Positions 1-12,327 of a stretch of 64,000 bases of DNA are shown here, one piece after another. The DNA is from Eledone cirrhosa. Lineage: Eukaryota. The stretch spans positions 6,386,001 to 6,450,000 of the forward strand of contig OZ024747.1 of the NCBI GenBank assembly GCA_964016885.1. Direction: 5' to 3'. Each line of letters begins with the position of its first letter. Positions within the stretch are counted from its first letter, which is position 1. The translations under genes were made by a program, and so were the position numbers. The notes beneath the pieces are model-generated. The model worked only from the letters and a program-made list of their open reading frames with translations. It was not told the DNA's origin and made no database searches.

Positions 1-415
1 TATATACACATATGTATATATATATACACACATGTATATATATACATGTGTACATATATACACGTGTATATATATACATGTGTATCTATATACATATGTG
101 TATCTATATACATATGTGTATCTATATACATATGTGTATCTATATACATATGTGTATCTATATACATATGTGTATCTATATACACGTGTGTATCTATATA
201 CACGTGTGTATCTATATACACGTGTGTATATATATACACGTGTGTATATATATACACGTGTGTATATATATACATGTGTGTATATATATACATGTGTGTA
301 TATATATACATGTGTGTATATATATACATGTGTGTATATATACACATGTGTGTATATATACACATGTGTGTATATATACACATGTGTGTATATATATACA
401 TGTGTATATATACAT
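1..415. repeat. 18-bp TA/CA-rich tandem repeat (tgtatctatatacatatg-like)
   Basis: Direct periodicity; gives 6-aa periodic pseudo-ORFs. Confidence 0.9.
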
Positions 416-575
416 CTATATTATTCATCTATAGTAAAGAGAAGTAGCGGTAGATGTTATTTTTTTATAAAGACCTACCGTTAACCTTCTATCATTTGCT
501 ATCGAAACGGCAGGAGCTTAACCGTAGGGCATAGAACCCTTATAAAATCGATACATATACACAGGCAAGTGCGAT

Positions 576-622
<47 letters not shown>

Positions 623-657
623 ATGTCCAATTATATAAACATAAAAAGAGGAGGGAA

Positions 658-785
658 CTGTTTCTACTTTAGGCACAAGGCCAGCAAATACCCAGTGTAT
701 TACTGGTACTTTATTTTATCGACTCCGTAAGGATGAAAGGCAAAGTGAACCTCGGCGGGATTTGAACTCACTGCCAATCCATCGC
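658..785 (-). mobile_element. SINE family A copy, internally deleted
   Basis: Reverse complement of GAGTTCAAATCCCGCCGAGGT...GCCTTTCATCCTTACGGRGTCGATAAAATAAAGTACCAG...GTAGAAACA, shared with about 25 copies in the window. Confidence 0.8.
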
Positions 786-1084
786 AACGGTAGTTATATT
801 GTGTTCTCAAGTTCTTTATTGTTGTTGGTGTCTTTAAGAAAGGCATGAACATCACCTAATCTTCCCATATTTCTTCTCTCTTCTATTTAAACATAAGTAA
901 ATCAATAGTTTCCGTAAGTTTATTATAATTATTTTCTGTTATCCGATACTGTGGAGGACTAAAACCAACACACCCAGTATTTAGTTAAGACACATGATTA
1001 GAATGTACAGACCTATGTATGACTGTATAGCAATATATATGTATTAGTATGTATGTATATATGCGTGTGTGTATATATATATGA

Positions 1085-1280
1085 ACATTTCCTGATCCCG
1101 ACGGCTGAGCTCCTGCCATTTCAACAGCTAGATCCGAACAGTTCGAATCTAGCTGTTGAAACGGCAAGAGCTCAGTCGTCGGGGTCCTGAATTATTACAT
1201 ATTACCCACTCTACTACCCCCAAATATCGAGTACTCTGGTGAGTAATGGTCTAACTGGTTGTTACTGCATCCATTCTGAT
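1085..1280. mobile_element. Fold-back (palindromic) PLE-like short element, family 2
   Basis: Inverted arms centred on CCGAACAGTTCG; right arm carries GAAACGGC-AAGAGCTCA-GTCGTC; flanked by (TA)n; sister copies at 11.7, 12.0, 20.4, 41.3, 47.4 and 59.2 kb. Confidence 0.7.
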
Positions 1281-1307
1281 ATATATATAAGAGAGAGGGA
1301 GAAAGAG

Positions 1308-1371
1308 AGAAATGGATTTCCTGATGATTTCCTTCGACTGAAACAGTTCTAGTCCTGTAGAAACCATTTCT
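1308..1371 (+). ncRNA. Type-I hammerhead ribozyme motif, family 1 (intronic, antisense to the NIDO gene)
   Basis: AGAAATGGaTTTC CTGATGA tttccttcgact GAAA CAG ttctagtc CTG TA GAAACCATTTCT; extended stem I, weak stem II, GUA triplet. Confidence 0.7.
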
Positions 1372-1829
1372 ATATTAAATATTTATACTCTGCTATGTAT
1401 TGAGTACCTTACTTACTGTGGTTACCCCCGATTGAACCCGGGATACACACACACATATGTGTGTGTGTGCGTAGACACATCACACACAGGCATAAATACA
1501 GCATGTGTATTGTGTATAGTGATAAAAGTGATGTCTGTGTCTCTGTGAGAGAGAGAGAGAAAGAGAGACGTATATACACATCCCATCACAAAAATGTAGA
1601 AAAACTGTTAGACGTACTAAATACACAACAAAGGTGTCATACGACCACACTAGATGGGCTGAAGGAATATATCGCCATTAATAAGAGAACATCAAATATA
1701 AAATACCAAACACACATATGGCTAGGGCAGAACTACTAGTTTATACTAGGAAGACCTTTTTTTAACTTAGTACTTCCATAACATTAAAGAAAAGGTTTAA
1801 GCTGGACAGCGGTCATATTTTTTAAAACA

Positions 1830-1847
1830 TATATGTGTGTGTATATA

Positions 1848-1902
<55 letters not shown>

Positions 1903-2320
1903 ATGTATATATATGTATGTGTGTGTATGTATATATATGTATGTGTGTGTATGTTTATATATATGTGTGTGTATGTATATATATGTGTGTGTATGTATAT
2001 ATATGTATGTGTGTGTATGTTTATATATATGTGTGTGTATGTATATATATGTGTGTGTATGTATATATATGTATGTGTGTGTATGTATGTGTATGTATAT
2101 ATATGTGTGTGTGCATGTATATATATATATATTTGTGTGTGTGTGTATGTATATATATGTGTGTGTGTGTATGTATATATATATGTGTGTATGTATATAT
2201 ACATATATGTGTATATATATATATGTGTGTGTGTATATATATATATAAATGTGTGTGTGTGTATATATCTGTATATAATAGGTATGTGTGTGCGTGTATA
2301 TGTGTATATATATATATAAC
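1830..2320. repeat. Compound (TA)n/(TG)n microsatellite, intronic
   Basis: Direct inspection. Confidence 0.95.
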
Positions 2321-2396
2321 AGATACATCTGTTATTGCATATAACAACAACAAAGAGAACAGTGAATGAGTGAGAGAGACATTCCGATATACTCAC

Positions 2397-2696
2397 GAAT
2401 AAAGTTTTGTAATAATTCTTAAAGAGAGGAAATCCATGCGGTTTGCCGTCGTCTCTGCTGCCACCACCAACATCGGTAATCCTGATAGCTGGCGATGAGC
2501 CATCGTCCCTACGTTCGGTGGTTTTAAAACCGTAAGTTTTGTTGTTGAAAGGGAAAAATTCGGACAAAGGAAGAGACATACAGCCGAGTCCCTGGCTAAA
2601 AGTGAGTAGCAGAATCCCAGAGATGAGAATATAATTGTAGAAGTGAGTGAATTGGCGGAACGTTATGGCTGTTGTCTTCAACACATCTGAACACAT
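2397..2696 (-). CDS. First coding exon of a secreted/extracellular NIDO-domain protein (SNED1/nidogen/alpha-tectorin-like)
   Basis: 100 codons from ATG at 2696 (in-frame TAG upstream at 2789-2787): hydrophobic YILISGILLLTFSQGLG, then LPLSEFFPF...RRDDGSSPAI...FPLFKNYYKTLF, matching the NIDO N-terminal pattern (F-[YF]-PF..DDG[GS]S..FPFF..Y..L[YF]|VNxNG); ends at phase-0 donor TTC|GTGAGT (GT at 2396-2395). Remaining exons lie left of the window. Confidence 0.82.
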
Positions 2697-3600
2697 TACT
2701 AAACTCCCGACTCGGCATGAAACGGCAGCGGCGCTCGGCAAGACCACCACCACACGCTGTAGTAGTGCAGTAACAACATTTACATCCTAATGCCGGCAGA
2801 TGGAGATATAAGAGAGATAGTAGCAACGACGACGGACAATAATAACACGACTGGGTCACCGACGAGCCCCAGGTTACAACTGTCAGAGCCGTTGGTGGGT
2901 ACCTAGCCACGGATCCTGTGGGTAACCGCCAACTCTCAGCTCTATTGTTATCGGCGTCGTTAAAACACCTTGTCTCACCTTCCTGTTTCTCGAATGCTAT
3001 GTGGTTGTTATTACAAATGTTTACAGATTTACTGGTGATTGTGCACGATCGTAATATTAATAATAATAGAAATAATAATGGTAAATACAGTGGTAGCGCC
3101 GATATTGCTACTACTACTGCTGCTACTGTAGTGGTTGCCTGTTTGGCAAGGCACCACAATACCAAACTGGCGAGCAGTGAGCAACAGTCGGTAAGTTTGT
3201 AAAGTTTTGCCGAATTCACGAAGACATTGGCATAGCTGTTACTGTGGAGCTGGTTGTAGCTTGTCAGTCGTAAAATACAGTTAGCGTAGATATAGTAGTA
3301 ATAATAATGGTAGTGATGGTGGTAGTGGTAGTAATAGTAGTTGTAGTAGAAATGGTAATAAGATCCTTTGTCAAGTTTTTTCTTTTTACCGTTGTTTCTT
3401 TCGTCCTTCGCTACCAGTTCTGTTGCTCTCATGTCGCTGAACTCCTGTTGATGCTGTTACTGTTTATGTTGGTCACTAGTAAAGAGGCTTGAATCCTAGC
3501 CAGTAGAGGGTAAGAAGATCTTTGTCCTGTCCTGACAACTCGGAACGGACTAGGCCGGTAACGGCCGTCCATCAGTAAAGTAAAGTAGTTTTAGAGATAT
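2697..3600 (-). other. Probable long 5' UTR / first-exon region of the NIDO gene
   Basis: Unique, CpG-richer, TE-free sequence contiguous with the CDS; the upstream boundary is a guess. Confidence 0.4.
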
Positions 3601-3889
3601 AACTTTAGTGAATGACTGATGTGTGAATGTGTGAGACTTTGACTAATGAATAGTGGAAGGAGGAAGGATACAGTGCGACGGTGGAAGGCGGAGGAAGGGT
3701 ACACGTATAAGTGAGTGTGAGAGAGAGCGATAAAGGAAAGGGAAGAGTAAAGTCTAAGTTAGTGATATACACAAAGAGGTGAAGAAGGAGGCGGAGTGTG
3801 TGATATAGTGATTGATATAGAGAGGGGGAAAAATTTATTTAAGTGAGGAAAAGGAAATTTAGAAGATGAAGAAAAACTGAAAAGATGAG

Positions 3890-3938
<49 letters not shown>

Positions 3939-4322
3939 GTATATATATATTTATATGTATATAAAGAGAGAGAAAGAGCGAAAGAGTGTGTGTGAATATA
4001 TATTAAAGATAGTGAGACAAATGAAGCCAGATAAAAAAAGAAAATGTGAGAAAAATGCGAGAATAATAGGAGAAAGTGAAAGAAAATGAGATAGTAAGAA
4101 ACTGAGAGAGAGGGAGAACGGGGTTGAGCAAAACTACAAGGGAGGGAAATATATGAGAGATATAATGAGAGAGAGAGAGGGAAGATAGAGGAAAAACTAA
4201 GTAAGAAGTAAGAAAAAGTCGAACTAGTAGAGAAAGAAGGTATGGGAAAGAAGGAGAGAAAATATTTGAGGTGAAAAATTTCAAAGAAAGTAGTTTTATG
4301 TAAATAATAGAAAAAAGGGAAC

Positions 4323-4399
<77 letters not shown>

Positions 4400-4579
4400 G
4401 TAGTATATATGTATGTATATATGTTTGTATATGTATGTATATGTATCTGTATATATCTATGTTTATATATGTATGTTTATATATGTATGTTTATATATAT
4501 ATATATATATATATTTATTTATTTATTTAAATAACAGATTAAAGTTTAAGCAAAGAATCGGTGCTTTCACTACTATTAC

Positions 4580-4657
<78 letters not shown>

Positions 4658-4772
4658 ATATAATATATATAGTAGATATTTATGTTTGCGTTTACAAAAG
4701 TGAGGAAAATATTCAATAATTATTGGACGTCAATTTGTCAAAATCTCTATATAATATTCTCTCTCATTCTCT

Positions 4773-4813
<41 letters not shown>

Positions 4814-4983
4814 GAGAGAGAGAGAGAGAGAGAGTGTGTGGGGGGGGTGTATATGCGTGAGTTTCTCTAAAAATGGAATTCGAGGAAAAGTTAAAGTACT
4901 TAATGCATAGAACTGATTATATATATATACATTCGGTTCTATGCATTAAGTAGTTTAACTTAATATATATATATTTCAGTGTC

Positions 4984-5027
<44 letters not shown>

Positions 5028-5028
<1 letters not shown>

Positions 5029-5150
5029 CCATGATGATTTCTACCGAATGAAACAGATCTAGTCCTGTAGAAGCCATTTCTATATTAAATATTTATACTC
5101 TGCTATGTATTGAGTACCTTACATACTGTGGTTACCCCGATTGAACCCGG

Positions 5151-5152
<2 letters not shown>
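5028..5152 (+). mobile_element. Family 1 HHR element, core mutated (ATGATGA)
   Basis: Near-identical to 20245-20366; between (TA)n tracts. Confidence 0.75.
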
Positions 5153-5196
<44 letters not shown>

Positions 5197-5326
5197 GGGA
5201 GAGAGAGAGAGAGATAAAGAAAGACGTATGTCGATAGTCTATGAGGAAAGAGACTTATTGATAAACTATAAGGGGAGACGGCTATAGGCGGATAGAGAAA
5301 TGGATATATAACTTATATATTCATTA

Positions 5327-5360
<34 letters not shown>

Positions 5361-5398
5361 AAATAAACAAGCTGGTTTCATTTGTACATCCCTATTTA

Positions 5399-5457
5399 TT
5401 TTGTTATACGTATTTCAAAGACGTATCAGCTGCCCTACATGTTCTCTTCAGACAAAA
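5399..5457 (-). ncRNA. Type-I hammerhead ribozyme motif, intact core
   Basis: Minus strand TTTTGT CTGAAGA gaacATGTAgggcagctgaTACGTcttt GAAA T ACGT A TA ACAAAA; 6-bp stem I, palindromic loop 3, AUA triplet, AATAAA immediately downstream. Confidence 0.8.
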
Positions 5458-5505
5458 ATCCAGACAAGATGTAAATATCCATTGATATGTTATCGGTCAT
5501 ACGTG

Positions 5506-5594
<89 letters not shown>

Positions 5595-5854
5595 TTAAAA
5601 CAATGAAATAAATAATCAAGTCATTATAAATAGACTTCAATGTATTATCATGACCTAGAAACGATCGTAAAGCAGTGAAGTATATTTCTAATGAATTGAT
5701 TTTTTATTTCATTGTTTTAACTTATATCATGACTCTGTTTTCCTTTTAATGTTTAATTGTTTTCCGGGATTTATTTTAACCTACAACATTTTCAACATAT
5801 GGATTACATTGAGTTCTTCATGCAGACTAGACCCCACAACTTACCGTGGATATC

Positions 5855-5905
<51 letters not shown>

Positions 5906-5921
5906 CAGAATGAATATACAT

Positions 5922-5973
<52 letters not shown>

Positions 5974-6005
5974 ATGTATATTCATTCTGTCATTACTACT
6001 ACAGA

Positions 6006-6090
6006 GGTCCGACGAGCTATTGATTCCAGAGTCGGGCCAGATCGATACAGATCGAACCTTGAGCTGATCAGTAGCGAAACGCGCGTCACC
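6006..6090 (+). ncRNA. Type-I hammerhead ribozyme motif (U4C variant)
   Basis: GGT CCGACGA GCTATTGAT...ATCAGTAGC GAAA C GCGC G TC ACC; 9-bp stem II base, GAAACGCGCGTC typical of PLE minimal HHRs, GUC triplet, AATAAA downstream. Confidence 0.75.
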
Positions 6091-6387
6091 AACCATTAAA
6101 CGTAATAAAATAGTAACCAGTTGTCCTTGTATTGTGGATTGGCAGTCGATAAAATGTGTATCAGTCGATAAAATAAAAAAAAAGTATTCTGGTCTATATG
6201 ATTGAATGAACCCCTTCAGGGCTATGCCCCAGCATGACCGTAGTCTATTGACTGAAATAAGTTAAAGAGTAAAGGTCCTCGTTGAGATTTATACTAATCT
6301 GGATTTCTCCTTTGATCCATTTCGACCCAATTGCGTTGTTCTGACCGATTCAGAGCACCCGTTACAGTTTTAAGATGGGGGAGGGGT

Positions 6388-6715
6388 TTTGCCTGTCATC
6401 CTTATAGGGTCAATAAAATAAAGTACCAGTAATACACTGGGTAATTGCTGGCCTTGTGCCAAAAATAGAAACAATTATTAGGGCAGAGGGTCGGATGCCA
6501 TGTTTTTCAGCATTGAGTTATGGCCCCTTGCAGTCTGTGTTCAAATCCCGCCGAGGTTAACTTTGCCTTTCATCCTCACAGGGTCGATAAAATAAGGTTC
6601 CAGTAATGCACTGGGGGTTATTAAGGTACTAGTTAACTACTGGGGTAGATATAATTGATTTACCCCCTCTTCTCCAAATTGCTGGCCTTGTGTCTACATC
6701 AAAAACCATTATTAT
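6388..6715 (+). mobile_element. Two adjacent SINE family A copies (3' half plus long variant)
   Basis: B-box GTTCAAATCC and conserved GCCTTTCATCCT...GTCGATAAAATAA body. Confidence 0.8.
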
Positions 6716-6740
6716 TCATATCAGAGTTTGTCATTTAAAT

Positions 6741-7023
6741 CAGCGGACAACAACCTTTTTGCGCCACGGACTGGTGTCATGCAAAACATGGGGGTGGGGG
6801 TCGGCATCGGTCACGTGCATAACAACAAAAGACAATGAACAATAAAGTGCGGAAAAGAGGCACAAACGGAAGTGGTCATTTTTCAAAATGAAATATCCGC
6901 TAGACCACGATAGTCAATAAAATAGGAAAAAAAGAAGGTTTTTATTCTTTTTGTGCGACCCACCCAGTACCAAATGATCCACGACCCGGTACTGGTCCGC
7001 GGGTTGCTGGTTGGGGACCACTG
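6741..7023. mobile_element. hAT (Charlie/MER1-like) MITE
   Basis: Imperfect TIRs CAGCGGACAACAACC / GGTTGGGGACCACTG; 8-bp TSD ATTTAAAT/ATTTAGAT; internal CCGGTACTGGTCCGCGG. Confidence 0.7.
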
Positions 7024-7971
7024 ATTTAGATAATTATTGCTTCTTTTCATTATGGATGTAATTTGGATTAATTTAAATTTCTTTGCTAACTAAATTATAG
7101 TTAAAATGTTAATGACCTCTTTACTACTTGACCTTCATGCAGCAGGCATCCCTGGGTATTTTCCTCCAGTCATTATAATCTTTCTTCGCCAGTTCTCCGT
7201 CAACCTATCACTCTCTCTTCTAACTGCAGTCTCATCTCACCATTGCCCCATTGAGATGTACCCCATCCACCCATTAATCACGACTGACCATGTTTTTTAC
7301 ACCTGAAAAGATTCTCTTGAAGGCACAGGCCCGGGCAAGGTTTTCATTGTAGAAGACCAGTAGTCGCTCACGCATGTAAGTCTCCCCCCTTCTTGGTACC
7401 AATGACTTCATAGGGGAACTCAAAATACAGAGGACCGTAAAGGATACTTCAATGGAACACGTCTGGTGCATTAACAATACCAATGGACTGGGACTTTATT
7501 TATCGAACCCAAAAGGATGAAAAGTAAAGTTGACCACGACAGGAGTTGAACTCGGAATGCGGGGAGCCGAGGAAAATATCACATGATATTTTGTTCGATG
7601 CTCTCTAGCGTCTCTACTACACAAACTTCCTCTATTTAACTATATAAACATTTCTCTACAGGCATCATCATCCTTCCTCAACATAGACCTGGAAAACATC
7701 CTGTAATAGGATAGCGAAAAACCTAGTTTCAATTCTTCAATGGAGCCCAAAACCCCAGACATTAAATAAACCTAAGAAGACAAACCCCAAATATTACATT
7801 CAAACGATGAGTGTTCCACTTGTTTGACCAGTTAATGTGTCTGTAGAAAGGCCGACATTATTCAATGTAACTGCCTTTTATTTTTCAAGATGGTGCGATT
7901 TTAGCGAGATTTGGTTGCTGTTGCTAGCCGGTTGAGTAGCCATGTTGAAGTACCATCGTTGAGCTCATTTA

Positions 7972-8310
7972 CCATTGGCAATATTGGTACAAGGTCGGAC
8001 GCCATGCTTTGCAGCATAGAGTTACGGCCCTTCATAATCTGAGTTCAAACCCCGCCGAGGTTAACTTTGCCTTTCATCCTTACGAGGTCGATAAAATAAA
8101 GTACCAGTAATGCACTGAGGTCGATTTAATCGACTTTCCCCTCCCTCAAATTACTGGCCTTGGGCTATACTTGAAATAATTATTATCCCACCAGGGCTCA
8201 AATCCCTTCAAGGTTAACTTTGCGTTTTATCATTACGGGGTCGATAAAATAAAGTACCAGTAATGTACTGGGATAATTGCTAGCCTTGTGCCAAAAGTAG
8301 AAACAATTAT
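7972..8310 (+). mobile_element. SINE family A, one near-full and one partial copy
   Basis: Similarity to other copies in the window. Confidence 0.8.
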
Positions 8311-8842
8311 CCAATACGGCTTCCTCCTTTTTTTTTTTTTTTTTTTTCAAGATAGAAGATTTGGTTGCTATTTTTAGCCGTTTCTGTCGACCATGTAGAG
8401 GCACTTTCGTTGGCGTCAGTTACGTTTATGACCGTGTCACTTAATCACCTACGGCAAATAGCGATTATTGTGGATTGTACGCGTAGACAGATTAACTGAG
8501 TGGATTGTGTGCAGAAATAACGATGACATGACATCACACAATTTTTGCCAACTTGTTACCTGCATACAAAAAGAAAAAATAAACTCAGTAAAGTCGTAAA
8601 AGTAAATAAAAAAAAAGTTATTTATAAATGTGTTTTTTTCTTCTGTTTTGTTACAAATCTTGACGTATTTTTCGTTTTAATTCTTTTTCAACTTGCACAT
8701 GAATTCAGCAATCTCCGGCAATCTCCGGCAATCGCCGTATATAATCGGGCAATAAAAATGAAAGTACGTGATCGATCTGTATATATAAATTCTGAATGAT
8801 TTATTAGTAAAAGAGTCTGATTGTAATCGATAAATATGAATC

Positions 8843-9070
8843 TTCTTCTTCTTGATAGGGTCGTGGGGACAGTGTCCTCAAAACCTCCTTCTAGTGGGTC
8901 CTGTCAGAAGCAACCATCTCCAACTGATACGGCTGGATCCCCAAGCAAGACCAGCCAAGCTCATGGATGTCTACCCCTAGGTTTCCTACCATTTGGTTTT
9001 GTCTGTAAAATCTGTCCAGCGATTCTTTCCTGAGACGTTCTAACCACATGCCATAGTATCTGTTATATAA
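8843..9070 (-). mobile_element. RTE-clade (Expander/Rex3-like) LINE 3' fragment
   Basis: Frameshifted translation WHVVRTSQERIAGQILQTKPNGRKPRGR / LGWSCLGIQPYQLEMVASDRTH*KEVLRTLSPRP resembles the RTE C-terminus GHxxR...GxRPRGRP...LxWxxLGI; (GAA)n tail. Confidence 0.75.
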
Positions 9071-9420
9071 AGTTACCATTTATATAACAGATACGTTTAG
9101 AAGCATACGTTTGCCAATGTGAGCAACAGTAGAGATAAATACATAAAAATGTATAAATGTATTTTTTAAAATATTACGCCTGTATTTAACTAAAACGATT
9201 CATTATATTGCTTATGTACATTCATTACAGATATAGTACCAATTAAAGCAACTAAATGAGAAGAAGGAAACAAAAGCGTTTGAGAAAAAGATAAGAGATT
9301 TCCATAAATGTTTATTCAATTCATCAATGAAGAAAGTAAGAAATGAAAATGTAACTTCGTACAAACGCTATATGTATTTGCGATTACTTTTGTGAGTAAA
9401 CATATATAAGAGCCGAAGTA

Positions 9421-9749
9421 CTTGCTTGAGCGGAGTTTCTTCTCTGAAGACCTTCTGCTGACTAGCTCTTGCTTGAGCGGAGTTTCTTCTCTGAAGACTT
9501 TCTGTTGTCTAGCTCTTGCTTGAGCGGGGTTTCTTCTCTGAAGACCTTCTGCTGACTAGCTCTTGCTTGAGCGGAGTTTCTTCTCTGAAGACTTTCTGTT
9601 GTCTAGCTCTTGCTTGAGCGGCGTTTCTTCTCTGAAGACCTTCTGTTGTCTAGCTCTTGCTTGAGCGGAGTTTCTTCTCTGAAGACCTTCTGTTGTCTAG
9701 CTCTTGCTTGAGCGGGGTTTCTTCTCTGAAGACCTTCTGCTGACTAGCT
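9421..9749. repeat. 47-bp minisatellite x7
   Basis: Unit CTTGCTTGAGCGGAGTTTCTTCTCTGAAGACCTTCTGCTGACTAGCT with minor variants. Confidence 0.95.
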
Positions 9750-9855
9750 CTCCTGAGAGGTTTTTCTTTTTTTGTTATCACTATGCCTGAGTCTATACGA
9801 TGGCACTCTCTTCTCCGTTCGTTTGTCTACAGACCTGTCAACTCCCCCGTTTGAC

Positions 9856-10086
9856 GGGGAGATCTCCCACCCTCTTTGGGATGGGTGAAAGATGTCTTCT
9901 CTTGTGAAAATGGGTATAGCTTTCATTATCTAAAGTCTCCCAATTTTGCCTCATTTTCCCCCGATTCTCGGCACTTTTTTTCATGGTACTCCTCGTTTAG
10001 GTTTTTAGAGGTTGGCAGGTCTGTGTCTATCATTGTTTACCTGCCATTTCGATCAGTATATATACATCTCCTTCAACCCATATATT

Positions 10087-10088
<2 letters not shown>
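9856..10088. mobile_element. Unclassified interspersed repeat abutting (CT)n
   Basis: Diverged second copy at 59674-59904, followed by (CT)n at the same position. Confidence 0.6.
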
Positions 10089-10161
<73 letters not shown>

Positions 10162-10444
10162 TGTCCAGCGTGACATCTAATATATAGCCAACCAACCAAT
10201 ACATCAGGTATTATATATTAGAGATTCAAAAGATCTGAGCACCCTATGAGATGTGAACCTAGTAACTTATTGATGCCCTGGCCCCAACATTTACCTTTGA
10301 TGTGTGCCTTTAATGAGGGTGACCACTTTTTTTAAATAGAACTCCTTTACTTTTTCTATCAACACGCTTCGCTATACTTAACTGTAAATGTAAAACATTT
10401 ACATACACATACATGCATAGACATACAAACATACGTAAATTAAC

Positions 10445-10495
<51 letters not shown>

Positions 10496-10633
10496 AGCTC
10501 TTTTTTCAGGCATGTGTTGAAAAACAGAAAAAAGAAAATAACGTTAAGCTTTTAAAATTTACAGATTTCTTCATATTCTTCGTAACACTAAAACTGTATA
10601 ACAGAAAGAGTTTTCAGAGACGTGTAACAGCTG

Positions 10634-10805
<172 letters not shown>

Positions 10806-10918
10806 TTGACTTATTACCAAACGGTTTCGTAGCCGTAAATACGAGCTCTTTCAGATCCGACACATGTATATCTATAGAATCATTAACATTTCATCTCTAT
10901 TTGCAATTTATTATTTTC

Positions 10919-11097
10919 AGTATCGGTAGAGGGTCGGACGCCATGCTTTGCAGCATAGAGTTACGGTCCTTTACGGTCTGAGTTCAAATCCCGCCGAGAT
11001 TAACTTTGCCTTTCATCCTTACGGGATCGATAAAATAAAGTACCAGTAATGCACTGAGATAATTGCTGGCCTTGTGCCTAAAGTAGAAGCAATTATT
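10919..11097 (+). mobile_element. SINE family A
   Basis: Near-full copy with B-box GAGTTCAAATCC and AATTATT tail. Confidence 0.85.
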
Positions 11098-11636
11098 TTG
11101 GGTGTGAAATTGGGTAAATGGAAATTGTATAAAAATTCGTTGGATGGACTGTATATGTAATTCAAAGGGTCGGCCTTCTCACACACAATGTCCAACAGAA
11201 TCTCCCTGAGAATTATGTTAAGAATGTACGTGTCTGCAGAATATTAAACGAATGATTAATGGATTAATTAGCTGTAATAATTAAACTGAGATGGTGAATT
11301 GGCAGAGTCGTTAGAACGTCGGGTAGAATGTTTTGCAGCATTTATTTCTGGCTCTCTACTCTAACAGCTTAAATCTCGCCGAGGTCAACTTTGCCTTTCA
11401 TCCATTCGAAGTCGATAAAAAAAAGTACCAGTAATGCACTGGTGTCAATTATTCCTCTATATCTCTTCTCTCACTCTCTCTCTCTCTCTCTACCCTTCAC
11501 TGGAAGAAATATGGTGTACTATACACATACTATTGGAGAGGAGATGGACTCCACCAAGTTTGAAAAAATGTCCTAGAGACGCCGTCAATATGGCGCCCCC
11601 ACGACTCCCTCAGGAGTTAAGGGACCATGCATGCAT

Positions 11637-11679
<43 letters not shown>

Positions 11680-11682
<3 letters not shown>

Positions 11683-11867
11683 CAGAATGGATGCAGTAAC
11701 AGCCATTACTCATCAGAGTACTCGATACTTGGAGTAGTAGAGTGGGTAATATAAAGAATTCGGGACACCGACGGCTGAGCTCTTCTGTTTCAACAGTTAG
11801 ATCCGAACTGTTCGGCTCTAACTGTTGAAACGGCAGGAGCTCAGCCGTCCCGAATATATATACATAC

Positions 11868-11948
<81 letters not shown>

Positions 11949-12160
11949 CATATAACTTTGATAGGTTTCGGCCAGTATTGGCCCAGGCCATGTCTAAATA
12001 TATATATATATATATATAACGAAGGAAATGTGGTAAGGAACCAGGTGGACCATAACGCACCAAAGTACTCAATACTTAGGGTAGTAGAGTGGGTAATAGG
12101 AACGAGTAGGACCCCGACGGCTGAGCTCAAGCCGTTTCGACGGCTAATTCTGGACGCATA
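11680..12160 (-). mobile_element. Two family 2 PLE-like elements separated by (TA)n
   Basis: 11680-11855 is palindromic about CCGAACTGTTCGG; 12018-12160 is a minus-strand copy with GAAACGGC-TTGAGCTCA-GCCGTC. Confidence 0.7.
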
Positions 12161-12163
12161 TTG

Positions 12164-12213
<50 letters not shown>

Positions 12214-12270
12214 CAATGATATATAACAAACATATAATAAATGGAAACTATATTTATAAAACCATTTTTA

Positions 12271-12327
12271 TTCTATTATATATATTCCAAGGGTACCAAA
12301 ACTTTGGTACGCTCTCATCAGATAAAA
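12271..12327 (-). ncRNA. Hammerhead motif with one core lesion (GGAA for GAAA)
   Basis: TTTTAT CTGATGA GAGcGTACCAAAgtTTTGGTACcCTT GGAA T ATAT A TA ATAGAA. Confidence 0.65.

Noticed and set aside
9421-9749. 47-bp array as a CRISPR array or tandem hammerhead (contains CTGAAGA)
   Set aside because: No unique spacers, no cas genes, eukaryotic context; no GAAA/stem III on the same strand
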